Source: Gammaproteobacteria bacterium (GTDB lineage Bacteria > Pseudomonadota > Gammaproteobacteria > Pseudomonadales > Pseudohongiellaceae). From it: a stretch of DNA of 64,000 nucleotides. Location: NCBI GenBank assembly GCA_003556835.1, contig PWQG01000243.1, forward strand, positions 1,286 to 65,285, given 5' to 3'. Made by a program: the position numbers and the translations under genes. Below are positions 29,962 to 44,147 of this stretch, piece by piece (the first letter of the stretch is position 1; the number at the start of each line of letters is the position of its first letter). The notes below the pieces were generated by a model that did no database searches, was not told where the DNA came from, and saw only the letters and a list, made by a program, of their open reading frames with translations.

Positions 29962-30558
29962 CTAGCGTTGTTCCTCGATCTGATATTGCACGACGCGACC
30001 GGACAGACCGAACTGCGCCTCCAACTCGGAAAGCAGACGGTCTGCTTCCCCACGATCGACCTTCGGACCCACGTACACCCCGGTGAGTGTGTTGATCGGA
30101 CGGGTATAGGCAGGATGCCCCGCATCCTGCAGCTGTGCTACCAGGCGTTCCACATTGGCCTGATTGGAGAAGGCACCGAGCTGGATGCTCCAGGCCTCGG
30201 GCAGGCCACGCGCATCCAGACCAGGTTCCCTGGCAACTTCAGCTCCGGTGTCGCTCGCCGACGGTGTTTCCCGATCCTGGTCCGGTTCGACCTCCGTTGG
30301 AGCGGAATCGACCGACTCGGGTATCGGGCTTTCCGGAACTGCCTGCTCGTCCAGCCGGATCGCGTCCGTGTCGGCCGTTATGGTCGGGCGTTCAGGATTG
30401 ACCATGGGGCGTTCGGGAATTTCCGGTGCGGGAGGAATCTGACGATCAGGTAATTCGTTACGCACGCCGCGGCCGTCGAGAATGGCCGGCAGCAGGATGA
30501 CAGCAACCAACACCAGTACCACGGTGCCCACGATTCTTTGCCTGGTGCTCTGGTTCAA
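29962..30558 (-). CDS. dedD: SPOR domain-containing cell division protein (DedD-like)
   Basis: N-terminal TM (RIVGTVVLVLVAVILLPAILDG), a Pro/Glu-rich linker, and a C-terminal SPOR domain (WSIQLGAFSNQANVERLVAQLQDAGHPAY...GVYVGP). Lies between folC and cvpA. Confidence 0.8.
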   Translation of the reverse strand: MNQSTRQRIVGTVVLVLVAVILLPAILDGRGVRNELPDRQIPPAPEIPERPMVNPERPTITADTDAIRLDEQAVPESPIPESVDSAPTEVEPDQDRETPSASDTGAEVAREPGLDARGLPEAWSIQLGAFSNQANVERLVAQLQDAGHPAYTRPINTLTGVYVGPKVDRGEADRLLSELEAQFGLSGRVVQYQIEEQR

Positions 30559-30572
30559 GCCGCGTTTGCCTC

Positions 30573-31898
30573 TCAGCGCGCCGAATGGGAATCGTCTGTG
30601 TCTGCAAGCAGCTGCAGAACAACGGATACCGTATGGAACGAACCGGTGGTCACTATTGTGTCACCTTCTTTCGCCCGCGTACAAGCCAGTTGCCAGGCCT
30701 CTTCAACGGACGGATGAGGACCGGAAACCGCTGCTGCCCCACCCTGCTGTTCCAGCCTGCGCATCAGCCCAGCGGCGGGCAAACAACGCGGCGTCTGTAC
30801 CTGTGCAATATACCAGAAATCCACCTGTTTTTCTAAAGCCGACAGGAAGCCTGCGTGATCCTTGTCCGCCATCATGGCCAGCACCAGGTGCACCGCGCCA
30901 CCCTGCGTTCGCAAGGTCTGGAGCTTTTTCGCCAGCAGCGTGCCAGCGTGGGGATTATGGGCCACATCCAGCAGATTGTGAGGACCACCCGGGACATTGC
31001 TTTGCAGCAACTGCTGACGCCCCGGCAGCGCCATACTCTCCAGGGCCCGCACAATGGCGTCCCGATCCGGAGCAAAGTCGGTCAACAGCAATAATTGCAA
31101 GGCACTGGCCACATTGCCCAGAGCCAATGCCGGCAAGGGCAGATCATCCAGCGTCAGCGCGTTACCCCTGTCATCAAGCCCACGCCATTGCCAGGTGCTG
31201 CCGCCCGGCAGTGCATCAAACTCGCGGCCGATACAGTACAAGGGACAAGCCAGTTCGCGAGCCCGCGCCAGCAGGCTATGCGGTGGCTGTGGATCACCGC
31301 AGACCAATGCTGTTCCGGGGCGCAGGATGCCGGCTTTCTCCAGCGCGATCTCTTCCCGTGTTTCACCCAGCCAATCCTGGTGATCCAGGTCGATACTGCT
31401 GATCAGGCAGTGGTCCGCATCCAGCATGTTCACTGCATCCAGACGCCCTCCCAGCCCGACTTCCAGCAGAATGACGTCCAGGTCGGCCAGTCGGAAAACA
31501 TCCAGTGCGGCCAGGGTGCCATATTCGAAATAGGTCAGCGGCACCGTGCCCCGGGCCGCCTCAATGCGGGCAAAACTTTCACAGAGCGCCCGATCACTGA
31601 CCATCCGGCCATCCACACGGATGCGCTCGTTATAGCGCAGCAGATGGGGAGAAGTGAAACTGCCGGCGCGATAGCCGGCGCTCAGCAGGAACTGCTCCAG
31701 GGCTGCAACACAGGACCCCTTGCCATTGGTGCCGGCAACGGTAATGACATGCGCCTGCGGACGGAGCAGATCCATGCGTCGGGCGACGTCACTGACCCGC
31801 TCCAGACCCAACTCGATTTCCCGGGGATGCAGACGTTCAATCCGGACCAGCCAGTCAGCCAGGGCGCGGGCATCACTGTCATCGTGTCCCGCTTTCAC
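30573..31898 (-). CDS. folC: Bifunctional folylpolyglutamate synthase / dihydrofolate synthase
   Basis: [10 protein letters not shown]-loop, [23 protein letters not shown]. Start overlaps the accD stop. Confidence 0.93.
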   Translation of the reverse strand: MKAGHDDSDARALADWLVRIERLHPREIELGLERVSDVARRMDLLRPQAHVITVAGTNGKGSCVAALEQFLLSAGYRAGSFTSPHLLRYNERIRVDGRMVSDRALCESFARIEAARGTVPLTYFEYGTLAALDVFRLADLDVILLEVGLGGRLDAVNMLDADHCLISSIDLDHQDWLGETREEIALEKAGILRPGTALVCGDPQPPHSLLARARELACPLYCIGREFDALPGGSTWQWRGLDDRGNALTLDDLPLPALALGNVASALQLLLLTDFAPDRDAIVRALESMALPGRQQLLQSNVPGGPHNLLDVAHNPHAGTLLAKKLQTLRTQGGAVHLVLAMMADKDHAGFLSALEKQVDFWYIAQVQTPRCLPAAGLMRRLEQQGGAAAVSGPHPSVEEAWQLACTRAKEGDTIVTTGSFHTVSVVLQLLADTDDSHSAR

Positions 31899-32767
31899 GC
31901 AGCGGGCGGTTGATGCATCAGCTTGTTGACCAGCGATGCGACCCGGTCCCGCATGTCGCGCCGATGTACAATCATGTCGATGGCGCCGTGTTCAAGCAGG
32001 AATTCACTGCGCTGGAAACCCTCGGGCAACTTGACCCGCACGGTCTGACGGATCACATCAGGGCCGGTGAAGCCGACCAGGGCATTGGGTTCGGCGATAT
32101 TGATATCACCCAGCATGGCCAGACTCGCCGAGACACCACCGTAGACCGGGTCCACCAGTACGGAAATGAAGGGAATACCGTGCTTGCGCAGACGCGCCAG
32201 GGCGGCCGAGGTCTTGGCCATCTGCATCAATGAAATCAGGGCTTCCTGCATCCGGGCGCCGCCACTGGTCGAGAAGCAGACCAGTGGAATCCGGTTGGCA
32301 ATGGACACTTCCACCGCCTGGACGAATTTTTCGCCAACCACCGCGCCCATGGAGCCGCCGATGAAACCGAATTCGAAAGCGGCAACGACCACTTCGGTTT
32401 CTCGCACGGTACCCCGCACCACGATCATGGCGTCCTTTTCACCGGTCGACTTCTGCGCCGCTGTCAATCGATCCTTGTACTTCTTCAGATCGCGGAACTT
32501 GAGCAGATACACTGGTTCAATTTCAGTGAACAGCTCTTCCTGTCCTTCCGGATCCAGGAACAGCTCGAGGCGCCGACGCGCGGTGATCCGCAAGTGGTGA
32601 TCACACTTCGGACATACTTCCTGATTGCGTTCGAGATCGGGTCGATACAATACCGCTTCACAGCGTGGACACTTCTTCCAGAGCCCTTCGGGCACGCTGG
32701 CTTTGGTCTGACGTGTGGTTTGTTCAGTGCCCCCGATCGAAGGCAGAATTTTGTTGATCCAACTCAT
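31895..32767 (-). CDS. accD: Acetyl-CoA carboxylase carboxyltransferase subunit beta
   Basis: MSWINKILP, Zn ribbon CPRCEAVLY...CPKCDHH, and [12 protein letters not shown]. Start ATG 32767; the ORF extends to 32818. Confidence 0.95.
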   Translation of the reverse strand: MSWINKILPSIGGTEQTTRQTKASVPEGLWKKCPRCEAVLYRPDLERNQEVCPKCDHHLRITARRRLELFLDPEGQEELFTEIEPVYLLKFRDLKKYKDRLTAAQKSTGEKDAMIVVRGTVRETEVVVAAFEFGFIGGSMGAVVGEKFVQAVEVSIANRIPLVCFSTSGGARMQEALISLMQMAKTSAALARLRKHGIPFISVLVDPVYGGVSASLAMLGDINIAEPNALVGFTGPDVIRQTVRVKLPEGFQRSEFLLEHGAIDMIVHRRDMRDRVASLVNKLMHQPPAA

Positions 32768-32843
32768 ACCGTATTCCTGCTTGGGCTGCTTTCCATTGAG
32801 CCTACCGGACCCGGACATGCCGGCGACCGGCGCAATTATATCA

Positions 32844-33671
32844 TCAGGACGCGTCCAGCGCCCGGCGAATCCGCCCGATCAGCTCCACCCGAATGCGCGC
32901 CGCTTCGGCATCTCGCGCGACTCCGGTCTCGTTGAGTGAGGCGATTTCAGCGACGATTGCACTACCCACCACCACGCCATCACCCAGGGCGGCCATGGTA
33001 CGGGCACTGGCTTCATCCTTGATTCCAAAACCCACCATCACCGGCAGATCCGAGTGCCGGCGCAGGGTTCCGATCCGTTCAGCAATATCACTGGCATCAC
33101 TGAGAGCGGCCCCGGTCACGCCTTTGAGCGAGACATAGTAGATATACCCGGAACAGTGCTGACAGATTGCATCCAGTCGCTCCTCGCGAGTGGTGGGTGC
33201 GACAAGAAAAATGGTATCCAGCCCCTCGGCCTCGGCATGCTTGAGCCATTCATCGGCCTCGGTCACCGGCATATCGACGATCAAGAGACCGTCCACTCCG
33301 GCGGCAGAGGCTTCGCGCGCGAAACGCTCGTGACCATAGACTTCCAGGGGATTGAGATAGCCCATCAATACGATCGGCGTATCGCGATCCTGTTCCCGGA
33401 ACTGGCGCACTATGTCCAGCACGCCGGCGAGATTCATGCCGCCACGCAGGGCCCGCTCGGCAGCCAACTGAATCACCGGCCCATCAGAGGAAGGATCGCT
33501 GAAGGGCATCCCCAGCTCGATGATATCGGCGCCCTCCTCGACCAGGGCCTGCATCAGGAGCACGGTGGTGTCGGCATCCGGATCACCGGCCACCACATAG
33601 GGAATCACTGCCTTGCGCCCCGTCGTGCGGAGCTGTTCAACCACCTGTGTCACTCGTGACTGCTGTTTCAT
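32844..33671 (-). CDS. trpA: Tryptophan synthase alpha chain
   Basis: [30 protein letters not shown] and [10 protein letters not shown]. Start ATG 33671; the ORF extends to 33938. Confidence 0.94.
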   Translation of the reverse strand: MKQQSRVTQVVEQLRTTGRKAVIPYVVAGDPDADTTVLLMQALVEEGADIIELGMPFSDPSSDGPVIQLAAERALRGGMNLAGVLDIVRQFREQDRDTPIVLMGYLNPLEVYGHERFAREASAAGVDGLLIVDMPVTEADEWLKHAEAEGLDTIFLVAPTTREERLDAICQHCSGYIYYVSLKGVTGAALSDASDIAERIGTLRRHSDLPVMVGFGIKDEASARTMAALGDGVVVGSAIVAEIASLNETGVARDAEAARIRVELIGRIRRALDAS

Positions 33672-33694
33672 GCCTTCTTCCTGAAAATTCTGTT

Positions 33695-34924
33695 TTACAG
33701 ATGGATGCCATCGAGATCGGCAACCGTGTGGATGTCCTTGTCCCCGCGTCCCGACAGATTGACCACCAGGATCCGATCTTTGGGCAGTCCGGCGGCCAGT
33801 TTGCCGGCATAGGCCAGGGCATGGCTCGTCTCGAGCGCCGGAATGATGCCTTCCATGCGGGTCAGGGTACGGAAGGCTTCCAGGGCCTCGTCGTCCGTGA
33901 CCGAGACATAATGCACACGTCCGGTATCCTTGAGCCATGCATGCTCGGGTCCGACACCGGGATAGTCGAGCCCGGCCGACACCGAGTGAGTGGACATGAT
34001 CTGGCCGGCCTCGTCACTCATGAGATAGGTACGATTGCCGTGCAAGACCCCGGGACGACCGGCGGAAAGCGGCGCGGCATGGCGTCCGGTTTCGACACCG
34101 TCACCACCGGCTTCGACGCCATACATTTCCACCTCGGCGTCTCCGAGAAAGGGGTGGAACAGACCGATGGCATTGGATCCGCCGCCCACACAAGCCAACA
34201 GTGCATCGGGCAGCCGACCGAACATCTCCATTGACTGCTCACGGGCTTCACGACCGATCACACACTGGAAATCCCGGACCAGGCGGGGATAGGGATGCGG
34301 GCCAGCAACGGTACCAATGATGTAATAGGTGTTGTCGACATTGGTGGCCCAGTCCCGCAATGCTTCATTCATGGCATCCTTGAGGGTACGCGAGCCGGAA
34401 TCCACCGCCACGACATTGGCACCGAGGAGCTTCATCCGGTACACATTGGCGGCCTGACGCTGCACATCCTCCGCACCCATGTAGACATGGCACTCGAGGC
34501 CCATGCGTGCTGCCACGGTGGCCGTTGCCACGCCATGCTGCCCGGCACCCGTCTCGGCAATGATACGGGTTTTGCCCATGAAGCGGGCCAGCAGTGCCTG
34601 GCCGATCGTGTTGTTGATCTTGTGCGCACCGGTGTGATTCAGGTCCTCGCGCTTGAGCACGATCCGGGCCCCACCGAATTTCTGCGTCAGCCGTTCGGCT
34701 TCATACAGGGGGGAAGGACGGCCGACAAAATGCTTCAGATCGCGATCGTAGGCCTGCCAGAACTCCGGATCCGCGGACAAGCGGGTATACACCTGATCAA
34801 GCTCTTCGACAGCAGCCATCAGGGTTTCACCCACAAACACGCCACCATAAGGACCGAAATGGCCCGACAGGTCGGGCCCCTGGAAACGATCATCCTGCAA
34901 ATTGGACACGGTATACCTCTTCAA
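33695..34924 (-). CDS. trpB: Tryptophan synthase beta chain
   Basis: [27 protein letters not shown] (PLP lysine), GGGSNAIG. The ORF top is a TTG. GTG 34909 or TTG 34900 are alternative starts, so the N-terminus is uncertain by 8 codons or fewer. Confidence 0.95.
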   Translation of the reverse strand: MKRYTVSNLQDDRFQGPDLSGHFGPYGGVFVGETLMAAVEELDQVYTRLSADPEFWQAYDRDLKHFVGRPSPLYEAERLTQKFGGARIVLKREDLNHTGAHKINNTIGQALLARFMGKTRIIAETGAGQHGVATATVAARMGLECHVYMGAEDVQRQAANVYRMKLLGANVVAVDSGSRTLKDAMNEALRDWATNVDNTYYIIGTVAGPHPYPRLVRDFQCVIGREAREQSMEMFGRLPDALLACVGGGSNAIGLFHPFLGDAEVEMYGVEAGGDGVETGRHAAPLSAGRPGVLHGNRTYLMSDEAGQIMSTHSVSAGLDYPGVGPEHAWLKDTGRVHYVSVTDDEALEAFRTLTRMEGIIPALETSHALAYAGKLAAGLPKDRILVVNLSGRGDKDIHTVADLDGIHL

Positions 34925-35534
34925 GAAATGCCTGCAAAACCGCGGCGCTTTTCACCCCCGCGGCACTTTCCACTCCACTGCTTACGTCCAGCGCCCAGGG
35001 TCGGACCTCCCCGATGGCCTGCGCCACATTCTCAGGCTTCAGACCGCCAGCCAGCACAATCGGCTGCTCGCCCCGTTCCACACATCTTCGGGCCAACCCC
35101 CAATCAAATACCCGCCCGGTACCACCGGCACGCTCCGGGTCATAGCTGTCCAGCAGAATGGCGGCAGCATCCGGATACCGGGCCATCTCCGTGCCCGGAT
35201 CGAGTCCGTCACGCACGCGCAGTGCTTTCATATAGGGTCGATCAAAAGCCCGGCAGAACTCCGGCGTCTCGGTGCCATGAAACTGCAGGCAATTGACGGC
35301 GGGAACAGCCTGCAGTACCTCGCGAACATCTTCGGGCCGGGGATCGACAAACAGAGCCACCACGGACAGGAATGCGGGCAGCTTCTCACAGAGCTCGGCC
35401 GCCTTCCGCGGCGACACCGCACGCGGACTCGGATCGTAGAAAACCAGCCCCACTGCATCAGCTCCCAGCATGGCCGCCTGATCCAGATCCTCGGCTCGCG
35501 TAATGCCACAAATTTTGGTTCGGATTCTTTGCAT
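34890..35534 (-). CDS. trpF: Phosphoribosylanthranilate isomerase
   Basis: [29 protein letters not shown]-like [20 protein letters not shown]. Confidence 0.93.
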   Translation of the reverse strand: MQRIRTKICGITRAEDLDQAAMLGADAVGLVFYDPSPRAVSPRKAAELCEKLPAFLSVVALFVDPRPEDVREVLQAVPAVNCLQFHGTETPEFCRAFDRPYMKALRVRDGLDPGTEMARYPDAAAILLDSYDPERAGGTGRVFDWGLARRCVERGEQPIVLAGGLKPENVAQAIGEVRPWALDVSSGVESAAGVKSAAVLQAFLEEVYRVQFAG

Positions 35535-35601
35535 CAGTGCCCCATCGGCGACTCAATCCAGGCTGTATCGGGAAAGAGGGGGATTCTAACAGATATCGCG
35601 C

Positions 35602-36420
35602 TCAATGGTCTTCCGCGACCGGCATACCGGCCAGGAAGATCGGGCCGATTTCCTTTTCAGGCAGGCCGAATTCACCCGGATACTGTACGTCGACCAGATA
35701 GAGACCGTTTGGACTGGCGGTGACCGCTCCTTGTCTTCGGTCACGCGTTCCAAGCAGATGGGCAATCCAGTCAGGTTCGCGCTCACCACGCCCTACAGCC
35801 AACAAGGCCCCTGCAATATTGCGAACCATATGTTGCAGAAAAGCATTGGCGCGAACATCGAGCACAATGAAAGGACCATGGCGCTGCACACGTAATTGCA
35901 TCACATTGCGCCAGGGGCTGTGCGACTGACAACCGGCCGCACGGAATGCACTGAAATCATGTTCGCCGATCAGGTGCCGACCGGCCCTATCCATGGCATT
36001 AACGTCGAGTCGTTCACGGATGTGAGTAAGCTGCCGCGACAGAATGGCCGGTGCCACGCTCTGCTGCAGGATCACATAACGGTAGCGACGCGACAGTGCG
36101 GAAAACCGGGCGTGGAAATTCGCCGCTACCGGGGTTGCCCATAACACGCGGACGGTTTTCGGCAACAGACTGTTGCTGCCCATAAGCCAGGCTTTTGCGC
36201 CCCGGTCAACGGGCGCATCAAAATGCACGATCTGCGCGGTGGCATGGACCCCGCTGTCGGTGCGCCCGGCACAATGCACACGGATCGGAGCGGCTGCGAT
36301 CCGGCTCAATGCTTTCTCCAGATCTGCCTGTACCGTGGGCAATTCAGGTGAACCTTGTCGTTGCCAGCCATGATAGGCCGCACCGTCGTAGGCGACGGCA
36401 AGGGCGATGCGGGTGGTCAC
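35602..36420 (-). CDS. truA: tRNA pseudouridine(38-40) synthase
   Basis: IALAVAYDGAAYHGWQRQ and GRTDSGVHA (catalytic Asp). GTG start. Confidence 0.93.
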   Translation of the reverse strand: MTTRIALAVAYDGAAYHGWQRQGSPELPTVQADLEKALSRIAAAPIRVHCAGRTDSGVHATAQIVHFDAPVDRGAKAWLMGSNSLLPKTVRVLWATPVAANFHARFSALSRRYRYVILQQSVAPAILSRQLTHIRERLDVNAMDRAGRHLIGEHDFSAFRAAGCQSHSPWRNVMQLRVQRHGPFIVLDVRANAFLQHMVRNIAGALLAVGRGEREPDWIAHLLGTRDRRQGAVTASPNGLYLVDVQYPGEFGLPEKEIGPIFLAGMPVAEDH

Positions 36421-36442
36421 GATCAGAGGAGCCCGGGAAGCA

Positions 36443-39505
<3,063 letters not shown>

Positions 39506-39647
39506 GGCCCCGTTCCTTCGTCAGTATGCAATCACCGGGGCAGGCAAGGTGCCGGCTCCGGAGGATCCCCTGTGACCGATTCCAGCAGTAACAGGCGGAC
39601 CTATCGCTCAATCAATCAGTGAACCCTCAGCTTTATGGCGCAAGTAT

Positions 39648-40673
39648 TCATGATAAATAGTCTTTTATCAATACTTCCGCGATCTGAATGGAGTTCAGTG
39701 CGGCACCTTTGCGAACGTTGTCACCAACTATCCACAAATTCATGCCATTCGGGTGACTGATATCCTTGCGGATCCGGCCCACAAACACATCATCCTTGCC
39801 TGCCGAATCGGTCACTGCCGTGGGGTAGCCACCGTCACGACGCTCGTCCATCAGAGTGACACCGGGCGCGGACTGCATCAGTTGGCGGACTTCGTCCTCG
39901 CTGATCGGTTCGGCCGTCTCGATATGCACAGCTTCCGAATGTGAATAGAATACCGGAACCCGGACGCAGGTCGGATTGACCGCGATCTGATCGTCTCCGA
40001 AGATCTTCTGCGTTTCCCAGACCATCTTCATTTCTTCCTTCGTGTAGCCATTTTCCTGGAAGTCATCGATATGCGGCAAGGCATTGAAGGCGATCTGCTT
40101 GGGATAGACTTCACACTTTATGTCCTGCCCGTTCAGCAAAGCAGCTGTCTGTGCAGCAAGCTCTTCCATGGCCGGCTTGCCGGTGCCGGATACGGCCTGA
40201 TAGGTGGCCACGTTGATCCGCTTGATGCCAACCTTGTCGTGAATCGGCTTCAGCGCCACCAACATCTGGATGGTGGAACAGTTCGGGTTGGCGATGATAT
40301 TGCGATTGCCATAATCCTTGATCGCTTCGGGGTTGACCTCTGGCACCACCAGTGGAATGTCAGCATCGCGGCGAAAGTGAGAGGTGTTGTCGATGACAAT
40401 ACAGCCCGCCTTGCCCGCTTTTTCCGCAAAGGCTTCGGAGATGCTTCCGCCAGCCGAGAACAGGCCGATGTCCGCCCGGGAGAAATCGAAGTCGGCCAGA
40501 TTTTGCACAGTGACCGGCTTGTTGTGGAACATGATTGTGGAACCGGCCGAGCGCTCGCTGGCCAGCGGAAAGAGTTTGTCCACGGGAAAGTTGCGCTCTT
40601 CCAGGATGCTGATCAGGGTTTCCCCTACCGCACCGGTGGCGCCAACCACCGCAACATTGTATTTCTTGCTCAT
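39648..40673 (-). CDS. asd: Aspartate-semialdehyde dehydrogenase
   Basis: VAVVGATGAVG Rossmann motif, active-site IANPNCSTI, QAVSGTG. Start ATG 40673 (MSKKYNVAVVG); the ORF extends to 40694. Confidence 0.92.
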   Translation of the reverse strand: MSKKYNVAVVGATGAVGETLISILEERNFPVDKLFPLASERSAGSTIMFHNKPVTVQNLADFDFSRADIGLFSAGGSISEAFAEKAGKAGCIVIDNTSHFRRDADIPLVVPEVNPEAIKDYGNRNIIANPNCSTIQMLVALKPIHDKVGIKRINVATYQAVSGTGKPAMEELAAQTAALLNGQDIKCEVYPKQIAFNALPHIDDFQENGYTKEEMKMVWETQKIFGDDQIAVNPTCVRVPVFYSHSEAVHIETAEPISEDEVRQLMQSAPGVTLMDERRDGGYPTAVTDSAGKDDVFVGRIRKDISHPNGMNLWIVGDNVRKGAALNSIQIAEVLIKDYLS

Positions 40674-40733
40674 ATCAATTCCTTTCTCGTTCAATGAATG
40701 CCCTGGATAGGAAGACCATCTGCCGACTGTGAC

Positions 40734-41378
40734 TCAGGGTGCGCGGAAATACCAGGGCGACTGCTCGCGCCACTGTTGCTCGAATCCACTTATGGCGTCC
40801 GCATCTTCCAGCGTCAAACCAATATCGTCGAGCCCATTGAGCAGGCAGTGTTTGCGGAAGCTGTCCACGTTGAAGGGAATCACGCCGCCATCCGGCTTGC
40901 GGATCTCCTGTGACTCCAGATCAACGGTGAGGCTGTAGCCTTCCTGCGCCTCTACTTCCTTAAACAAGTCATTGACAACTTCTTCTTCAAGAACAATAGG
41001 TAATATCCCATTCTTAAAGCAGTTATTAAAAAATATGTCAGCAAAACTCGGCGCAATGATGACCCGGAAACCGTAGTCGTCGAGCGCCCAGGGCGCGTGT
41101 TCCCGACTCGAACCACAACCGAAATTACGTCGGGTGAGCAATACGCTGGCATCACGGTAACGCGGCTTGTTCAACACAAAATCCGGGTTTACCGGGCGCT
41201 GGCTGTTGTCCGCACCCGGCTGCCCTTTGTCCAGATAGCGATGCTCATCAAACAGATTCACACCAAAGCCGGTACGCTTGATCGACTTGAGGAACTGCTT
41301 GGGAATGATGAAATCGGTATCCACATTGGCGCGGTCGAGTGGCATGACCACGCCCTGGTGTACTGAAAACTTTTTCAT
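40734..41378 (-). CDS. leuD: 3-isopropylmalate dehydratase small subunit
   Basis: [63 protein letters not shown]. Start ATG 41378; the ORF extends to 41624. Confidence 0.95.
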   Translation of the reverse strand: MKKFSVHQGVVMPLDRANVDTDFIIPKQFLKSIKRTGFGVNLFDEHRYLDKGQPGADNSQRPVNPDFVLNKPRYRDASVLLTRRNFGCGSSREHAPWALDDYGFRVIIAPSFADIFFNNCFKNGILPIVLEEEVVNDLFKEVEAQEGYSLTVDLESQEIRKPDGGVIPFNVDSFRKHCLLNGLDDIGLTLEDADAISGFEQQWREQSPWYFRAP

Positions 41379-41442
41379 GATGGTTTCTCGACCCTTTTTC
41401 GATCTTTTCTCGATCCATTCTGGTTCATGGCCAGCCGCTGTT

Positions 41443-42885
41443 TCAGCTGGCCACTTTGTCTTCTGTCTGCAATTCGCGCACATCCACGAAATGTCCGCGG
41501 ATGGCAGCAGCCGCCGCCATGGCCGGACTGACCAGATGGGTACGTCCACCAAAGCCCTGTCGACCTTCGAAATTCCGATTCGAGGTCGAAGCGCAGTGCT
41601 TGCCTTCGCCCAACTGATCAGCATTCATGGCCAGACACATGGAGCAGCCCGGCTCACGCCATTCCAGGCCGGCCTCGGTGAAGATGTGATGCAGACCTTC
41701 TTCCTCGGCCTGCTTCTTGACCAGGCCGGAACCGGGAACCACCATGGCAAGCTCGATGTTGTCGGCCACCTTGTGCCCTTTCACCACCGCTGCAGCTGCC
41801 CGCAGGTCCTCGATGCGCGAATTGGTGCATGAACCGATGAACACATTGTCCAACCGTATGTCCCGTATCGCGGTGCCGGGCTTGAGACCCATATACTTGA
41901 GGGCCTGACGGATACTTTCCGCACGCGCGGCATCCGGCTCCTGATCGGGGTCCGGCACCATGCCATCGACCGGAACAACCATTTCCGGCGATGTGCCCCA
42001 GGTAACCTGGGGAATTATCCGGGCCGCATCCAGCACCACCACCTTGTCAAACTCCGCATCTTCGTCGCTGACCAGGCCGCGCCAGTATTCTACAGCCCGA
42101 TCCCAGACCTCGCCGGTCGGAGCAAATGGACGTCCCTTGATGTAATCGATGGTGGTCTCGTCCACGGCAATCAGTCCGGCACGGGCGCCCGCCTCGATGG
42201 CCATATTGCAGACGGTCATGCGCCCTTCCAGGCTCAGCGCACGGATCGCTTCGCCACCGAATTCAATGGTATACCCGGTGCCGCCAGCCGTGCCGATTTC
42301 GCCGATGATGGCGAGCACGATATCTTTGGCGGTAACCCCTGGCTGCAGCTGTCCGTCGACGCGCACCAGCATGTTCTTCATCTTGCTCTGCAGCAGGCAT
42401 TGCGTGGCCAGCACGTGTTCGACTTCGGAAGTGCCGATACCGTGAGCCAGCGCACCCAGGGCCCCATGCGTGGAAGTATGCGAATCACCACAGACGATGG
42501 TCATGCCCGGCAGGGTTGCCCCCTGCTCCGGGCCGACCACATGCACGATACCCTGGCGAATGTCATTCATATCCAGCTCGGTGATATCAAAGCTGCGACA
42601 GTTTTCGTCGAGAGTGCGGACCTGGATCCGGGAAATCGGATCACGAATGCCTTCCAGCCCCTGGCTGCGCTCTGCCAGGGTGGTCGGGATATTGTGATCC
42701 GGCGTGGCCAGGTTGGCGTCCGGACGCCAGGGCCGTCGCCCGGCCAATCGCAGCCCTTCAAAGGCCTGCGGTGAGGTGACTTCATGAATCAGGTGCCGAT
42801 CGATATAGATGAGCGCCGTGCCATCGTCGCGCTGTTTGACGAGATGGGATTCCCACAATTTGTCGTAGAGTGTTTTTCCTGCCAT
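41443..42885 (-). CDS. leuC: 3-isopropylmalate dehydratase large subunit
   Basis: [57 protein letters not shown] (Fe-S ligands). Confidence 0.97.
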   Translation of the reverse strand: MAGKTLYDKLWESHLVKQRDDGTALIYIDRHLIHEVTSPQAFEGLRLAGRRPWRPDANLATPDHNIPTTLAERSQGLEGIRDPISRIQVRTLDENCRSFDITELDMNDIRQGIVHVVGPEQGATLPGMTIVCGDSHTSTHGALGALAHGIGTSEVEHVLATQCLLQSKMKNMLVRVDGQLQPGVTAKDIVLAIIGEIGTAGGTGYTIEFGGEAIRALSLEGRMTVCNMAIEAGARAGLIAVDETTIDYIKGRPFAPTGEVWDRAVEYWRGLVSDEDAEFDKVVVLDAARIIPQVTWGTSPEMVVPVDGMVPDPDQEPDAARAESIRQALKYMGLKPGTAIRDIRLDNVFIGSCTNSRIEDLRAAAAVVKGHKVADNIELAMVVPGSGLVKKQAEEEGLHHIFTEAGLEWREPGCSMCLAMNADQLGEGKHCASTSNRNFEGRQGFGGRTHLVSPAMAAAAAIRGHFVDVRELQTEDKVAS

Positions 42886-42950
42886 TACTGTTCCCGGAAT
42901 CGAACTTCTGTGAACACGAACGCGCCCCTTTTTAAAAGAAGCGCAACCAT
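42885..42950 (-). promoter_or_regulatory. Candidate leucine leader peptide uORF ([21 protein letters not shown]), with its stop overlapping the leuC start (TAATG)
   Basis: Hand translation of the minus strand: ATG 42950...TAA 42887-42885, with the leuC ATG at 42885-42883. There are three consecutive Leu codons, CTT CTT TTA. A hairpin at 42922-42944 includes those codons. No clear SD precedes the uORF, so it is speculative. Confidence 0.35.
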
Positions 42951-42982
42951 TTCAGTCATTTACATAATGCAAATAAAGCACT

Positions 42983-44089
42983 TTATTGGTCTTCGGCACT
43001 AGCGGGCACTCGTGGCGATGGGCATTGCACATCGGCATTCTGCGCCCGATTACGCAGCAGATGATCCATCAGCACCATCGCGGTCATGGCTTCAGCAATC
43101 GGCACCGCCCGGATGCCGACACAGGGGTCGTGCCTACCGGTGGTGACCACCTCCACCGGATTGCCGGCGGTATCCACGGAGCGGCCCGGAATACGCAGAC
43201 TCGAGGTCGGTTTCAAGGCAATGCTCGCGGTAATGTCCTGACCACTGGAAATCCCGCCAAGTACGCCACCTGCATGATTGGACAGGAAACCCTCCGGAGT
43301 CATTTCATCACGGTGCTCCGTGCCCTTCTGTTCGACACAGTCGAAGCCCGCGCCGACCTCCACGCCTTTGACCGCATTGATACTCATCAGGGCATGCGCC
43401 AGATCAGCATCCAGTCGATCGAACACCGGCTCACCCAAACCCGGCGGCACATTGCTGGCCACCACATTGATGCGGGCGCCGATGGAATTGCCCTCTTTGG
43501 TAAGCGCCTTCATATAGGCTTCCAGCTCCGGCACGATGCCGGGATCGGGACAGAAAAACGGATTTTCCTCCACCGCGTCCCAATCCAGGCGGGTTGCCCG
43601 AACGGGGCCTAGCTGGCTCATATAAGCCCGTACCTGTATGCCGTAGCCGGTAAGCAGGTACTTCTTGGCAATGGCACCAGCGGCCACCCGCATTGCCGTC
43701 TCCCGGGCCGAGGCGCGCCCCCCGCCACGGTAATCCCGAACACCATATTTTTGCATGTAGCTGTAATCAGCATGGGCCGGACGAAACTGGTCTTTAATCT
43801 TGCCGTAATCCTTCGACCGTTGATCGGTATTCTCGATCATAAGGCCGATTGGCGTGCCGGTGGTCACCCCTTCAAAGACGCCGGAAAGTATCCGCACACG
43901 ATCCTCCTCGCGTCGCTGGGTGGTGAAGCGTGAGGTACCCGGTTTGCGTCGGTCCAGATCGCGTTGCAGATCGGCCTCGCTGAGCGCGAGCCCAGGTGGG
44001 CAACCATCGACCACACAGCCCAGCGCGGGACCATGGCTTTCGCCAAAGCTGCTTATAATGAAAGACTTGCCGAAGCTGTTACCCGACAT
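42983..44089 (-). CDS. aroC: Chorismate synthase
   Basis: [36 protein letters not shown]-like RPAHADY, and [10 protein letters not shown]. Start ATG 44089. Confidence 0.95.
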   Translation of the reverse strand: MSGNSFGKSFIISSFGESHGPALGCVVDGCPPGLALSEADLQRDLDRRKPGTSRFTTQRREEDRVRILSGVFEGVTTGTPIGLMIENTDQRSKDYGKIKDQFRPAHADYSYMQKYGVRDYRGGGRASARETAMRVAAGAIAKKYLLTGYGIQVRAYMSQLGPVRATRLDWDAVEENPFFCPDPGIVPELEAYMKALTKEGNSIGARINVVASNVPPGLGEPVFDRLDADLAHALMSINAVKGVEVGAGFDCVEQKGTEHRDEMTPEGFLSNHAGGVLGGISSGQDITASIALKPTSSLRIPGRSVDTAGNPVEVVTTGRHDPCVGIRAVPIAEAMTAMVLMDHLLRNRAQNADVQCPSPRVPASAEDQ

Positions 44090-44147
44090 GTTGTTCCGCC
44101 CGAAAGCCGTTGAGAGGGGCGCATTGTACACCAAATGCGTCTGCGCT

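Noticed and set aside
35535-35601. A mini-uORF, ATG GGG CAC TGA, overlapping the trpF start, considered as a possible trp leader.
   Set aside because: It has only 3 codons, no Trp codons and no terminator or antiterminator structures. It is probably fortuitous.
40674-40733. The absence of leuB between leuD and asd, considered as a possible deletion or pseudogene remnant.
   Set aside because: The spacer is only 60 nt with a normal RBS for asd and no leuB-like remnant. This is most likely a lineage-specific gene order with leuB elsewhere, which cannot be verified from this window.
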